Origin: a virus
Lineage: Duplodnaviria > Caudoviricetes
Reading direction: 5' to 3' (one strand)
IMG/VR virus record: IMGVR_UViG_3300038393_002467
Location: 1 to 59,719 of that record
Length of the DNA stretch: 59,719 bases
The notes under the pieces were generated by a model, which was not told where the DNA came from, ran no database searches, and saw nothing but the letters and a program-made list of their open reading frames with translations. This document shows positions 17,692 to 25,406 of this stretch, piece after piece; position 1 is the stretch's first letter, and each line of letters opens with the position of its first letter. The position numbers were made by a program, and so were the translations under genes.

Positions 17692-18830
17692 CCGACAGCG
17701 GTCGAGCCTTCTACGGGCTGGTCCCCTCGCGCCCGACCGGGGTCCGCGTCGTGCCGTGGGGGGACTCGACGACGGCCGCCGACACCGGCCGGTACCCGGC
17801 CACGTCGTGGGGCACCCGGGACTTCTGGGCGTGGGGGCATGTCCTGTCCGGCGGGGCGTTCCGCTACATCCAGAACGCCGGGCTCGCCGGGGACGACAGC
17901 GGGGAGGCGCTGCCCCGGTTCGCCACCGACGTCGCGGCCTACGCGCCGAACGTCGTGCCCATCGCGTTCGGCATCAACGACGCCGTGTCGGGGCTGTCGC
18001 TCGCCACGTTCAAGGCGAACATCCAGCAGATGGTCGCCCTCGTCCGCGGGATCAAGGCGACGCCGTGGCTGTGCACCGTGTCCGGCAACCTCAACAGCGG
18101 CGTGATCCAGCAGCGGATCGCCCAGTACAACCTGTGGCTGCGGACCTACGCCGCCGCCGAGGGCATCCCGCTGCTCGACATCGCCGCGGTCATGACCGAC
18201 CCGGCCACCGGCACCATCCCGACCGCGTACAACCTCGACGGCACCCACCAGAACGCGGCCGGGGCCAAGGCCCTCGGGCAGCAGGTCGCCGCCCTCGTCA
18301 CCCGGTCCCTGCCGGTGTGGTCGCCGCCGCTGCCGGTGTCGAACACCGCCGACTCGCAGAACCTGCTGACCAACGCCCTGTTCCTCACCAACACGGCAGG
18401 CGTCCCGACCGGCTGGCTCAACACCCTCGGCACGCCGTCGATCATCACCGGCGACACCGCCATCAAGGGCAACTGGGCGCGGCTGACCGACAACGGCGTC
18501 GCCACCTCGAACCTGCGGTTCAACTCCGTCACGGGGATCGCCGCCGGGGACGTCATCCGGTTCTGCGGCCGGTACCGGCAGGTGCAGGGCACCTCGGTCG
18601 CCACCTCGTCGCTCTACCTCATGCTCTTCGCGCCGACCAACCGGCAGGCGCTCGTCCTCGGCGCGCAGGCGCAGGACATCGACGGGGCGTTCACTTTCGA
18701 CGTCGTCGCACCCACCGGGTTCACCTCGTGGCAGGTCCAGTTGGCCCGGACCTGCACGACGGCAGGCACCGGCTACTCCCAGATCGCCCAGATGGGCGTC
18801 TACAACCTGACGACGCTGGGCCTGACATGA
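17688..18830 (+). CDS. SGNH/GDSL hydrolase with C-terminal beta-sandwich
   Basis: Blocks WGDSTT, NAGLAG, FGINDA, DGTH. Confidence 0.85.
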   Translation: MTDSGRAFYGLVPSRPTGVRVVPWGDSTTAADTGRYPATSWGTRDFWAWGHVLSGGAFRYIQNAGLAGDDSGEALPRFATDVAAYAPNVVPIAFGINDAVSGLSLATFKANIQQMVALVRGIKATPWLCTVSGNLNSGVIQQRIAQYNLWLRTYAAAEGIPLLDIAAVMTDPATGTIPTAYNLDGTHQNAAGAKALGQQVAALVTRSLPVWSPPLPVSNTADSQNLLTNALFLTNTAGVPTGWLNTLGTPSIITGDTAIKGNWARLTDNGVATSNLRFNSVTGIAAGDVIRFCGRYRQVQGTSVATSSLYLMLFAPTNRQALVLGAQAQDIDGAFTFDVVAPTGFTSWQVQLARTCTTAGTGYSQIAQMGVYNLTTLGLT

Positions 18831-18847
18831 GTGGAGAGGGCGGGAAC

Positions 18848-19396
18848 GTGGCGGACAGCGGACGGACCTTCTACGGGGGCGGGACGACGCCGCCCGACTA
18901 CGTCTACGACCCGGACACCGGGCTGTGGACCGTGACCCCGGGGCAGAACCCGGGGTGCGCCCGGTTCAAGGTCGCGGGTGACAGTTACTCGGACGCGACG
19001 ACGCCGGGCCAGTACCTGTCGATCCCGCTGCAGACCATTCTCGCCAACGAGCAGGTCGCAACCCTGCAGCCCGACGGCTTCAGCCTGAGCCCGGCGGCGT
19101 CGGGCCTGTACCTGATCTCCCTGCACGGCGCGGCGCTCTACGCGGGGGTGGGGACGGCGACGACACCGGAGACGGACCTCGTCCTCAGCACGTCGGGACC
19201 GCAGGGGCCCGCGCAGACGCTCGGCTCCGGCATCGACCCGGAGGTCATGAACAACGACTCGCTGTTCTTCTCCTTCTCGCTGCCGACCCTGTGGGTGGCC
19301 GATGGCAACACCGCCAACGACCTCACGGTGTACCTCTACAGCGCGACCCACCCATGGGCGCTACTGCTCGACCTCACCATCGTCCGCCTCGACTAA
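18848..19396 (+). CDS. Putative virion protein (alternative start 18827)
   Basis: GGAGAGG RBS before GTG 18848; beta-rich; N-terminus matches that of the SGNH gene. Confidence 0.6.
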   Translation: MADSGRTFYGGGTTPPDYVYDPDTGLWTVTPGQNPGCARFKVAGDSYSDATTPGQYLSIPLQTILANEQVATLQPDGFSLSPAASGLYLISLHGAALYAGVGTATTPETDLVLSTSGPQGPAQTLGSGIDPEVMNNDSLFFSFSLPTLWVADGNTANDLTVYLYSATHPWALLLDLTIVRLD

Positions 19397-19408
19397 GGAG
19401 CCCGGCCC

Positions 19409-19684
19409 ATGTCTGCATCACCGACGCACGTCACACTCGTTGCCGCCACCGTCACGACGGTCACACTCGACAAGGACTACAACCAAGTCGAGGTGCTCAA
19501 CGTCGACGGGGCTGCGGCCGTCTACTTCACGACGAACGGTTCGACACCGGCGGTCGGGGCAAATGGCAGCAACGTCATCCCGGCTGCCATCGGTAGTCTG
19601 ACCGTACTCCCGGGCACCACCGGAAACACGGTCGTCAAACTCATCAGCGCAGGCACCCCCACGGTGTCGGTGCGCGGCATCTAG
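19409..19684 (+). CDS. Small beta-rich putative virion/decoration protein
   Basis: AAGGAG RBS; T/V/G-rich 91 aa in the head module. Confidence 0.6.
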   Translation: MSASPTHVTLVAATVTTVTLDKDYNQVEVLNVDGAAAVYFTTNGSTPAVGANGSNVIPAAIGSLTVLPGTTGNTVVKLISAGTPTVSVRGI

Positions 19685-19703
19685 AGGAAGGAACTCCCCA
19701 CCG

Positions 19704-19856
19704 ATGGGCTGCAACTGCGGCGGCAAGAACGCCAAGATGACGTGGATCTACACCGACGAGAAGGGCAAGCAGACTTCCTACAACACCGAGATCGAAGCCA
19801 AGGCGGCGCAGATCCGGAACGCGGGTCGAGGAAGTTACCGGTCCATCCCAAGATGA
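19704..19856 (+). CDS. Small MGCNCG-type protein (50 aa)
   Basis: MGCNCGGKNAKMTWIYTDEKG...EIEAKAAQIR; this type of ORF commonly precedes cluster-B-like capsid genes. Confidence 0.6.
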   Translation: MGCNCGGKNAKMTWIYTDEKGKQTSYNTEIEAKAAQIRNAGRGSYRSIPR

Positions 19857-19857
19857 C

Positions 19858-19876
19858 GTGTCACACGGTGTGACAC
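19858..19876. repeat. 19-bp palindrome copy (perfect), upstream of the major capsid gene
   Basis: GTGTCACACGGTGTGACAC. Confidence 0.95.
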
Positions 19877-20045
19877 GGCAACAGGCATCCGAGTTTTCTC
19901 GGATGCCTGTTGCGTTACGCCCGGCCCATGTACGATTTCCGCCAGAGCCTCCGGGCAACTCGAACCTAGTTCGGTGCCGACAGCCTGCATCTTCCTTTTG
20001 CAGTGCCCTCACCGTACCGACTTCATTCGAGTCAGGAGACCGATC

Positions 20046-21674
20046 ATGGACTTCACCGTGAACGCAGACCTCTCCGGCTACAGCGCCGCAGAGATCGCCG
20101 ACCTCATCACCGCCGGGAACGAGGCGCTCGACGCCCTCTTCGCCGCCGCCGGAGACGCCCCCACCGCTGCGCAGGCCGACGAGGCCGAGCGGATCAGCGC
20201 CGAGATCGCCCGCCTCTCCACCGAGGCCACCACCCGCGAGACGGCCGCCGCCGAGGTCGCCGCCCGCTTCGCCGCCGTCCGCGACGCCCGCGTCACCGCC
20301 TCCACCGAGGAGCCGGAGGACGAGGAGGTCGAAGAGGAGGAGGAGCCCGTCGAGGAGGAGCCCGTCGAGGAGCCGGTCGCCGTCGAGGCCGCCGCCACCC
20401 GCGCGCCCGCCCGCACCTCGGCCCGCGCCAACATCGCCGGTCGCCGCCCCAAGACCCCGGCCCGCCCGGCCCGCCCGGCCATGACGGTCACGGCCGCGCA
20501 GGACGTGCACGGCTTCGCGCTCGGCTCGCAGATCGCCGACATCGACACCCTGTCCCGGGCCGTCGTCAGCCGGATGCGCGGCTTCGGCGCGCCGCAGGGC
20601 GTCAAGGGCGGGGCGATGCAGAACTTCGCCGTCGCCTCGCTGCAGCGCCAGTTCGACGAGGACCTCGTCGTCAACGGCAGCAACGACATGGAGGTCCTGT
20701 CCCGGGCCGCCGACCAGTCCCGCCTGCCGGGCCAGTCCCTCGTGGCCGCCGGTGGCTGGTGCGCCCCGTCCGAGACGATGTACGACTTCTGCGTCAACGC
20801 GACGCCGGAGGGTCTCGTCTCGCTGCCGGAGGTGCAGGCCAACCGCGGCGGTGTCCGGTTCACGACCGGCCCCGACTTCGAGACGGTCTTCGGTGCCATC
20901 GGCTTCACGCAGACCGAGGCGCAGGCCATCGCGGGCACGACCAAAGGCTGCTACGAGGTCACCTGCCCCTCGTTCAACGAGGTCCGCCTCGACGCCATCG
21001 GCCTGTGCATCAAGGTGCCGATCCTGACGAACGCGGCCTACCCGGAGTTGGTCCAGCAGACCCTCTCCTACGGCCTGCTCGCCCACCAGCACCGGGTCTC
21101 CTCGTACGCCATCAGCAAGATGGTCACGGCCTCCGGCTCGGCCTTCGTCCCGGCGACGGTGGGCGGCACGACCGTCAACACCCTCGACGGCCTCGAACTG
21201 GTCGTGCAGGGCATCCGGCAGAAGTACCGGCTGTCCTTCGACGCGCCGGTCGAGGGTGTCGCCCCGTTCTGGCTCAAGGGTGCGATCCGCGCCGACCTCG
21301 CCAACCGCACCGGTGTCGACATGCTCGCCATCTCCGACGCGACCATCGACGGCTACCTGCGCGAGCGGGGCATCAGCCTGCAGTACGTCTACAACTGGCA
21401 GGCGCTGGACCTCACGGACACCGGCTACCCGGCCACCGTGCAGGTCATGCTCTACCCGGCTGGCACGTTCGTGAAGGCCGTCACCGACGTCATCAACCTC
21501 TCGGCCGTCTACGACGCCGCGAGCCTGAACGTCAACACCTACACCGGCCTGTTCATGGAGGAGGGCATCGCGGTCTTCAAGCGGTGCTGGGACTCCACGC
21601 TCGTCACCCTCGCCGTCGACGGCTCCGGCCGCACCGGCTCGGCGAGCCTGTCCGCGACCTTCACCGCCGCGTGA
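20046..21674 (+). CDS. Major capsid (hexamer) protein with N-terminal scaffold-like region
   Basis: AGGAG RBS; acidic/Ala N-terminal region then the SLVAAGGWCAPSETMYD signature of cluster-B-like major capsids. Confidence 0.85.
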   Translation: MDFTVNADLSGYSAAEIADLITAGNEALDALFAAAGDAPTAAQADEAERISAEIARLSTEATTRETAAAEVAARFAAVRDARVTASTEEPEDEEVEEEEEPVEEEPVEEPVAVEAAATRAPARTSARANIAGRRPKTPARPARPAMTVTAAQDVHGFALGSQIADIDTLSRAVVSRMRGFGAPQGVKGGAMQNFAVASLQRQFDEDLVVNGSNDMEVLSRAADQSRLPGQSLVAAGGWCAPSETMYDFCVNATPEGLVSLPEVQANRGGVRFTTGPDFETVFGAIGFTQTEAQAIAGTTKGCYEVTCPSFNEVRLDAIGLCIKVPILTNAAYPELVQQTLSYGLLAHQHRVSSYAISKMVTASGSAFVPATVGGTTVNTLDGLELVVQGIRQKYRLSFDAPVEGVAPFWLKGAIRADLANRTGVDMLAISDATIDGYLRERGISLQYVYNWQALDLTDTGYPATVQVMLYPAGTFVKAVTDVINLSAVYDAASLNVNTYTGLFMEEGIAVFKRCWDSTLVTLAVDGSGRTGSASLSATFTAA

Positions 21675-21688
21675 TCGGAAGGCCCGGC

Positions 21689-21707
21689 GTGTCACACGGT
21701 GTGACAC
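21689..21707. repeat. 19-bp palindrome copy (perfect) in hairpin 21681-21715 after the capsid gene
   Basis: GGCCCGGC-GTGTCACACGGTGTGACAC-GCCGGGCC. Confidence 0.95.
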
Positions 21708-21750
21708 GCCGGGCCGCCCACCATCCAGACACGAGAGAAACGAGCCAGCA

Positions 21751-22095
21751 ATGAGCGAGTCCAAGATCGTCGAGGTGGAGGGTCTGACGTCCGAGAACGC
21801 CACCCTCCTGCTCGCCGCCGCCGAGGAACTCGACCTCGACCAGAGCGTGGTCGCCACCACGTCCTTCGGGCACTTCCTCGTCCCCGAGGAGGTCGCCAAG
21901 AAGGCCGGGGTCGACTACCGGTCCGAGGCCGACGTCGAGAAGGCCGAGGCCGAGGCCGAGGCCCAGCGTCAGGAAGACCTCGAAGTCCTCAAGGGGGACG
22001 CCCAGCGCGAGGCGCAGGCGGACGCCGACGAGGCCGACGAGGCCAAGAAGGCCCCGCGGCGACGCGCGGCCAAGAAGACCGCTGCGAAGGAGTGA
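21751..22095 (+). CDS. Small acidic head-associated protein with basic tail
   Basis: NATLLLAAAEELDLDQSVVATT...KKAPRRRAAKK between capsid and tail tube. Confidence 0.7.
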   Translation: MSESKIVEVEGLTSENATLLLAAAEELDLDQSVVATTSFGHFLVPEEVAKKAGVDYRSEADVEKAEAEAEAQRQEDLEVLKGDAQREAQADADEADEAKKAPRRRAAKKTAAKE

Positions 22096-22098
22096 GAC

Positions 22099-22986
22099 AT
22101 GGCTGACCAGTGCTTCAGCATGGTCCGTGGCCGCGTCATGCGCGTCACGCGACTGGATGGCTGTGGCCGGGTGAAGTCGAGCGGCTGCTCGGCGATCACC
22201 TCGGAGGGCTTCGTCTCGGTCGCCTTCACCGCCAACATCAACGAGGGTGAGTCGATCACCGTCACCAACGCCGCGGGCAAGACCTGCGTCAACGACCCGG
22301 CGGTGGCCCGGATCGAGTCCTACGGCCTCGTCATCACCTTCTGCGAGGTGAGCCCGGAACTGTACGCCATGATGACCGGTCAGGCCGTCGTGTTCGACAG
22401 CGACGGCAACGCCGTCGGCTTCCGGGTCAACACCGACGTCGACCCGGCCGACTCCGGCTTCGCGCTGGAGGTGTGGTCCAACGTGCCGGGTGTCGTCTGC
22501 GGCGACGCCGGGGACGCGGGCACCTTCGGGTACACGCTGACCCCGTTCGTGCAGGGCGGCGTCATCGGTGACTTCACCATCGAGAACAACGCCGTCACCT
22601 TCACCGTCAACAACGCCATCACCAAGAAGGGTGGCGCGTGGGGTGCGGGCCCGTACGACGTGGTCTCCGACGCGGGCACCCCGGGCCCGCTGCTGGAGCC
22701 GCTCGGCCCGGCCGACATCCTGCACGTCCAGTTGACGACCGTCGCCCCGCCCGCCGCGGGCTGCTCGTGCGCCGCCTCCGGCCCCGCCCCCACGGGCGCG
22801 ACCGCCGGGTCGCCGGGCTCGTGGACGCCGGTCGACTCCTACCCGCTGGCCGACCTCGCCGCCCTCGTCGCCAGCAGCGTCACGGCCTCGCCGTCGACGG
22901 CATGGACCGCAGGGCAGTACATCGTTCTGGAGGACGGCTCGTTCGCCCACTGGAACGGCACCGCGTGGGTCGCAGGCATCGCCTGA
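22099..22986 (+). CDS. Major tail (tube) protein
   Basis: RGRVMRVTRLDGCG, GFALEVWS, FTIENNAVTFTV; position in the module. Confidence 0.85.
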   Translation: MADQCFSMVRGRVMRVTRLDGCGRVKSSGCSAITSEGFVSVAFTANINEGESITVTNAAGKTCVNDPAVARIESYGLVITFCEVSPELYAMMTGQAVVFDSDGNAVGFRVNTDVDPADSGFALEVWSNVPGVVCGDAGDAGTFGYTLTPFVQGGVIGDFTIENNAVTFTVNNAITKKGGAWGAGPYDVVSDAGTPGPLLEPLGPADILHVQLTTVAPPAAGCSCAASGPAPTGATAGSPGSWTPVDSYPLADLAALVASSVTASPSTAWTAGQYIVLEDGSFAHWNGTAWVAGIA

Positions 22987-23068
22987 GTCTCACCGAGCCG
23001 CCGTCGGTCCGGATTCGTGGAGGGGTCCGGATCGGCGGCGGCTCTACCCTCGTCCGCAGGAGGTACGC

Positions 23069-23833
23069 ATGAGCACGTTCCCGGAACTGCCCGACATCTG
23101 CTGGGACGTCGACACGTCCTGCGACCCCGGCTTCGAGGACCTCGACCCGGACGTGCAGGACCGGGCCATCGCGCTCGCCACGACGACGCTGTACTCGCTG
23201 ACCGCAGGACGGGTCGGAGGCTGCCCGAAGACGGTCCGGCCGTGCGTCGGCCACAGCGCGTGCGAAACGTCGGTATACGGCCCGTATACGCACGGTTTCT
23301 ACCCCTTGAACTGGAATGGGGCGTGGAGCAACTGCGGCTGCACCGGCGGCTGCGTCCACAACGGGCTGCACCTGCCCCCGCCGGTGGGCCGGATCGACGC
23401 CGTCACCATCGACGGGGCGGCCCTCGACCCGGCCGACTACCGGCTCATCGACGGGCGCACCCTGATCCGCACCGACGGCTCGCCGTGGCCCGCCACCAAC
23501 GACCTTACGCTGCCGGACACCGAGCCGGGCACGTGGTCGGTCACCTACCTCAACGCCTACCCCGTCGACACCAACGGGGCCTACGCCGCCGGGGTCCTCG
23601 CCAGCGAGTACGCCAAGGCGTGCACCACCGGCAAGTGCGAACTGCCGACCGGCGTCACGCAGGTGGCCCGCGCCGGGATCGTCTACACCATGACCGCCGG
23701 GGCCTTCCCCGGCGGCTTCACCGGCATCCGCGTCGTCGACGCCTTCATCCGACAGTGGAACCCCAGCGGGCACAAGTCGATGCCCTCGGTGCTGACGCCG
23801 CAGACCGGGCGAGGGCTGCACGGATGGCGATGA
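23069..23833 (+). CDS. Head-to-tail adaptor
   Basis: GGCPKTVRPC, LPPPVGRIDAVTIDG, AAGVLASEYAKAC...C.LP, TGIRVVDAFI. Confidence 0.75.
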   Translation: MSTFPELPDICWDVDTSCDPGFEDLDPDVQDRAIALATTTLYSLTAGRVGGCPKTVRPCVGHSACETSVYGPYTHGFYPLNWNGAWSNCGCTGGCVHNGLHLPPPVGRIDAVTIDGAALDPADYRLIDGRTLIRTDGSPWPATNDLTLPDTEPGTWSVTYLNAYPVDTNGAYAAGVLASEYAKACTTGKCELPTGVTQVARAGIVYTMTAGAFPGGFTGIRVVDAFIRQWNPSGHKSMPSVLTPQTGRGLHGWR

Positions 23834-24339
23834 CCGACGACACCTTCGTCTTCCCGGCGCTGCTGGCGGCGGCCCAGTGCCTGTCCGAGCAGATCACCGC
23901 CGCCGGGGTCCCGGTGCCGGAGTTCATCGGGATCGTGCCCGGCGACGCGCTGCTGCCGGACTACTGCGCGGGCGGCATGGCGTGGGTCCGGCTCGCCAGC
24001 ATGGGCGAGTGGGTCGAGGGCAGCGGCGACGGTCAGGACCGGTGGAGCGCCTGCACCGGTCCGCTCATCGCCAGCATCGAGATGGGCATCGTGCGCTGCG
24101 CACCCGAGGGCAGCACCGCCAACGGCGAGTTCTGTCCGCCGACGATGGCCGAGCAGTTGGACGCGACCCGGCTGCAGATGGCCGATCAGGCGCTGATGCT
24201 GCGGGCCATCCGCTGCTGCCTGCCCGCCGCATCCGACGGCCGGTACGCCCGGCGGATCGCGGTCACCGGCTACAGCCCCGTCGGTCCGGCCGGGCAGTGC
24301 CTCGGCGGGCGGTGGACCTTCGACCTGACGAGCGTCTGA
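23830..24339 (+). CDS. Tail completion/terminator-like protein
   Basis: AWVRL, EMGIVRC, IRCC, GPAGQCLGG; ATGA overlap. Confidence 0.6.
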   Translation: MTDDTFVFPALLAAAQCLSEQITAAGVPVPEFIGIVPGDALLPDYCAGGMAWVRLASMGEWVEGSGDGQDRWSACTGPLIASIEMGIVRCAPEGSTANGEFCPPTMAEQLDATRLQMADQALMLRAIRCCLPAASDGRYARRIAVTGYSPVGPAGQCLGGRWTFDLTSV

Positions 24340-24737
24340 TGTCCGCCGACGTCGACATCTACATCTATGACGGCAAGATCATCCTGATGTCCCAGCCCGG
24401 TGGGCAGATCTGGCGCTGGGCCTACCAGCGGCGGGGACGCGTCGAGCGGCTCGCCAAGGTGAACGCCCCGATCCGCAGCGGCGAACTGGCCCGCAGCATC
24501 GAGGCGTCCTACGAGCCCGCCGCCCCGCACGACGTCGTCATGGAGGTCGCCGCCACGGCCGACTACGCGCTGTTCGTCCACGAGGGCACCGACGGGCCGA
24601 TCTTCCCGCGGGAGTCCAAGCGCCTGTTCCTGCCAGCGTGGGGCCCGTTCAGACAGTCGTTCCCCCGGTATGTGCGCGGACAGCGGGCTCAGCCATTCCT
24701 CGCCGACGCGCTGCGCGAAGTGATGCGCGACCTGTAG
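24339..24737 (+). CDS. HK97 gp10-like neck protein
   Basis: APIRSGELARSI, YALFVHEGT, RAQPFLADAL. Confidence 0.7.
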   Translation: MSADVDIYIYDGKIILMSQPGGQIWRWAYQRRGRVERLAKVNAPIRSGELARSIEASYEPAAPHDVVMEVAATADYALFVHEGTDGPIFPRESKRLFLPAWGPFRQSFPRYVRGQRAQPFLADALREVMRDL

Positions 24738-24792
24738 GTAGTGCCCGCGGCTATCCTGCGTCTGACACATCTGTCAGAGAGGAACCCTCCGC

Positions 24793-25203
24793 ATGACCAT
24801 CAAGTCGTTCACTACCGCAGCGCGGAACAACACCGACGACGGTGTTCTCGGTGAACCGGTAGACGTCGAAGTGGACGGCAGGACCGTCACCTTCCTACCA
24901 CCGACCACCGGCCAGATCGCCGTCACGCTCGCCGGTTCATCCGAGATGGCGACGGACTCCGAACTCGCCGCCGCGCAGATCAACTTCTTCTTCTCGTTGC
25001 TGGAGAAGCGCGACGCTACATGGTTCCGTCGCCGCCTTTTCGACCGGAGCGACGACTTCGACATCGAGACCATCGGCGAGATCGTCGAGTACCTGATGGA
25101 GCAGTGGTCCGCCCGCCCTACCAAGCAGCCGTCCGACTACTTGCCATCGCAGCGCAGCGGTGGGAAGAAATCGACGGCGGTGCGGCACCGCTCGACCCCC
25201 TGA
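24793..25203 (+). CDS. Tail assembly chaperone (G)
   Basis: Upstream of the tape measure; ends WSARPT plus an S/K-rich tail. Confidence 0.75.
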   Translation: MTIKSFTTAARNNTDDGVLGEPVDVEVDGRTVTFLPPTTGQIAVTLAGSSEMATDSELAAAQINFFFSLLEKRDATWFRRRLFDRSDDFDIETIGEIVEYLMEQWSARPTKQPSDYLPSQRSGGKKSTAVRHRSTP

Positions 25204-25397
25204 GTCTGCGCCCAGATCGGTTCTTCAACTACATCTACGCATGGGCTGTCAGCAGGGTTGAGGACCGTGCACACTGGGACCAGCAGTTGACCGAACCTCT
25301 CCCGGGGGCAAAGGTCCGCAAGCCGACGGTGTCAGAACTCGAGGCCGAGGGTGCGGACTTCATGGACTTCATGGGGAAGATGACCACCGCCAGTTAG
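25116..25397 (+). CDS. Tail assembly chaperone extension (GT), probably reached by -1 frameshift
   Basis: Overlapping -1 frame RPYQAAVRLL...DRFFNYIYAW without a good start of its own. Confidence 0.55.
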   Translation, partial: PYQAAVRLLAIAAQRWEEIDGGAAPLDPLSLRPDRFFNYIYAWAVSRVEDRAHWDQQLTEPLPGAKVRKPTVSELEAEGADFMDFMGKMTTAS

Positions 25398-25406
25398 GAG
25401 CAGCCC

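Noticed and set aside
19430-19470. GTCACACTCG half-sites (also near 12921 and 59069) as motif copies
   Set aside because: Only one arm present; explicable by Val-Thr-Leu codons or chance
19858-19876. Motif as a CRP/GlxR site or a chromosomal parS
   Set aside because: CRP sites are TGTGA-N6-TCACA, whereas here the order is TCACA-N3-TGTGA; actinobacterial parS (GTTTCACGTGAAAC-like) has no spacer and a different core
25161-25170. GGGAAGAAA as the tail chaperone slippery site
   Set aside because: In the G frame it reads GGT GGG AAG AAA and does not form X XXY YYZ
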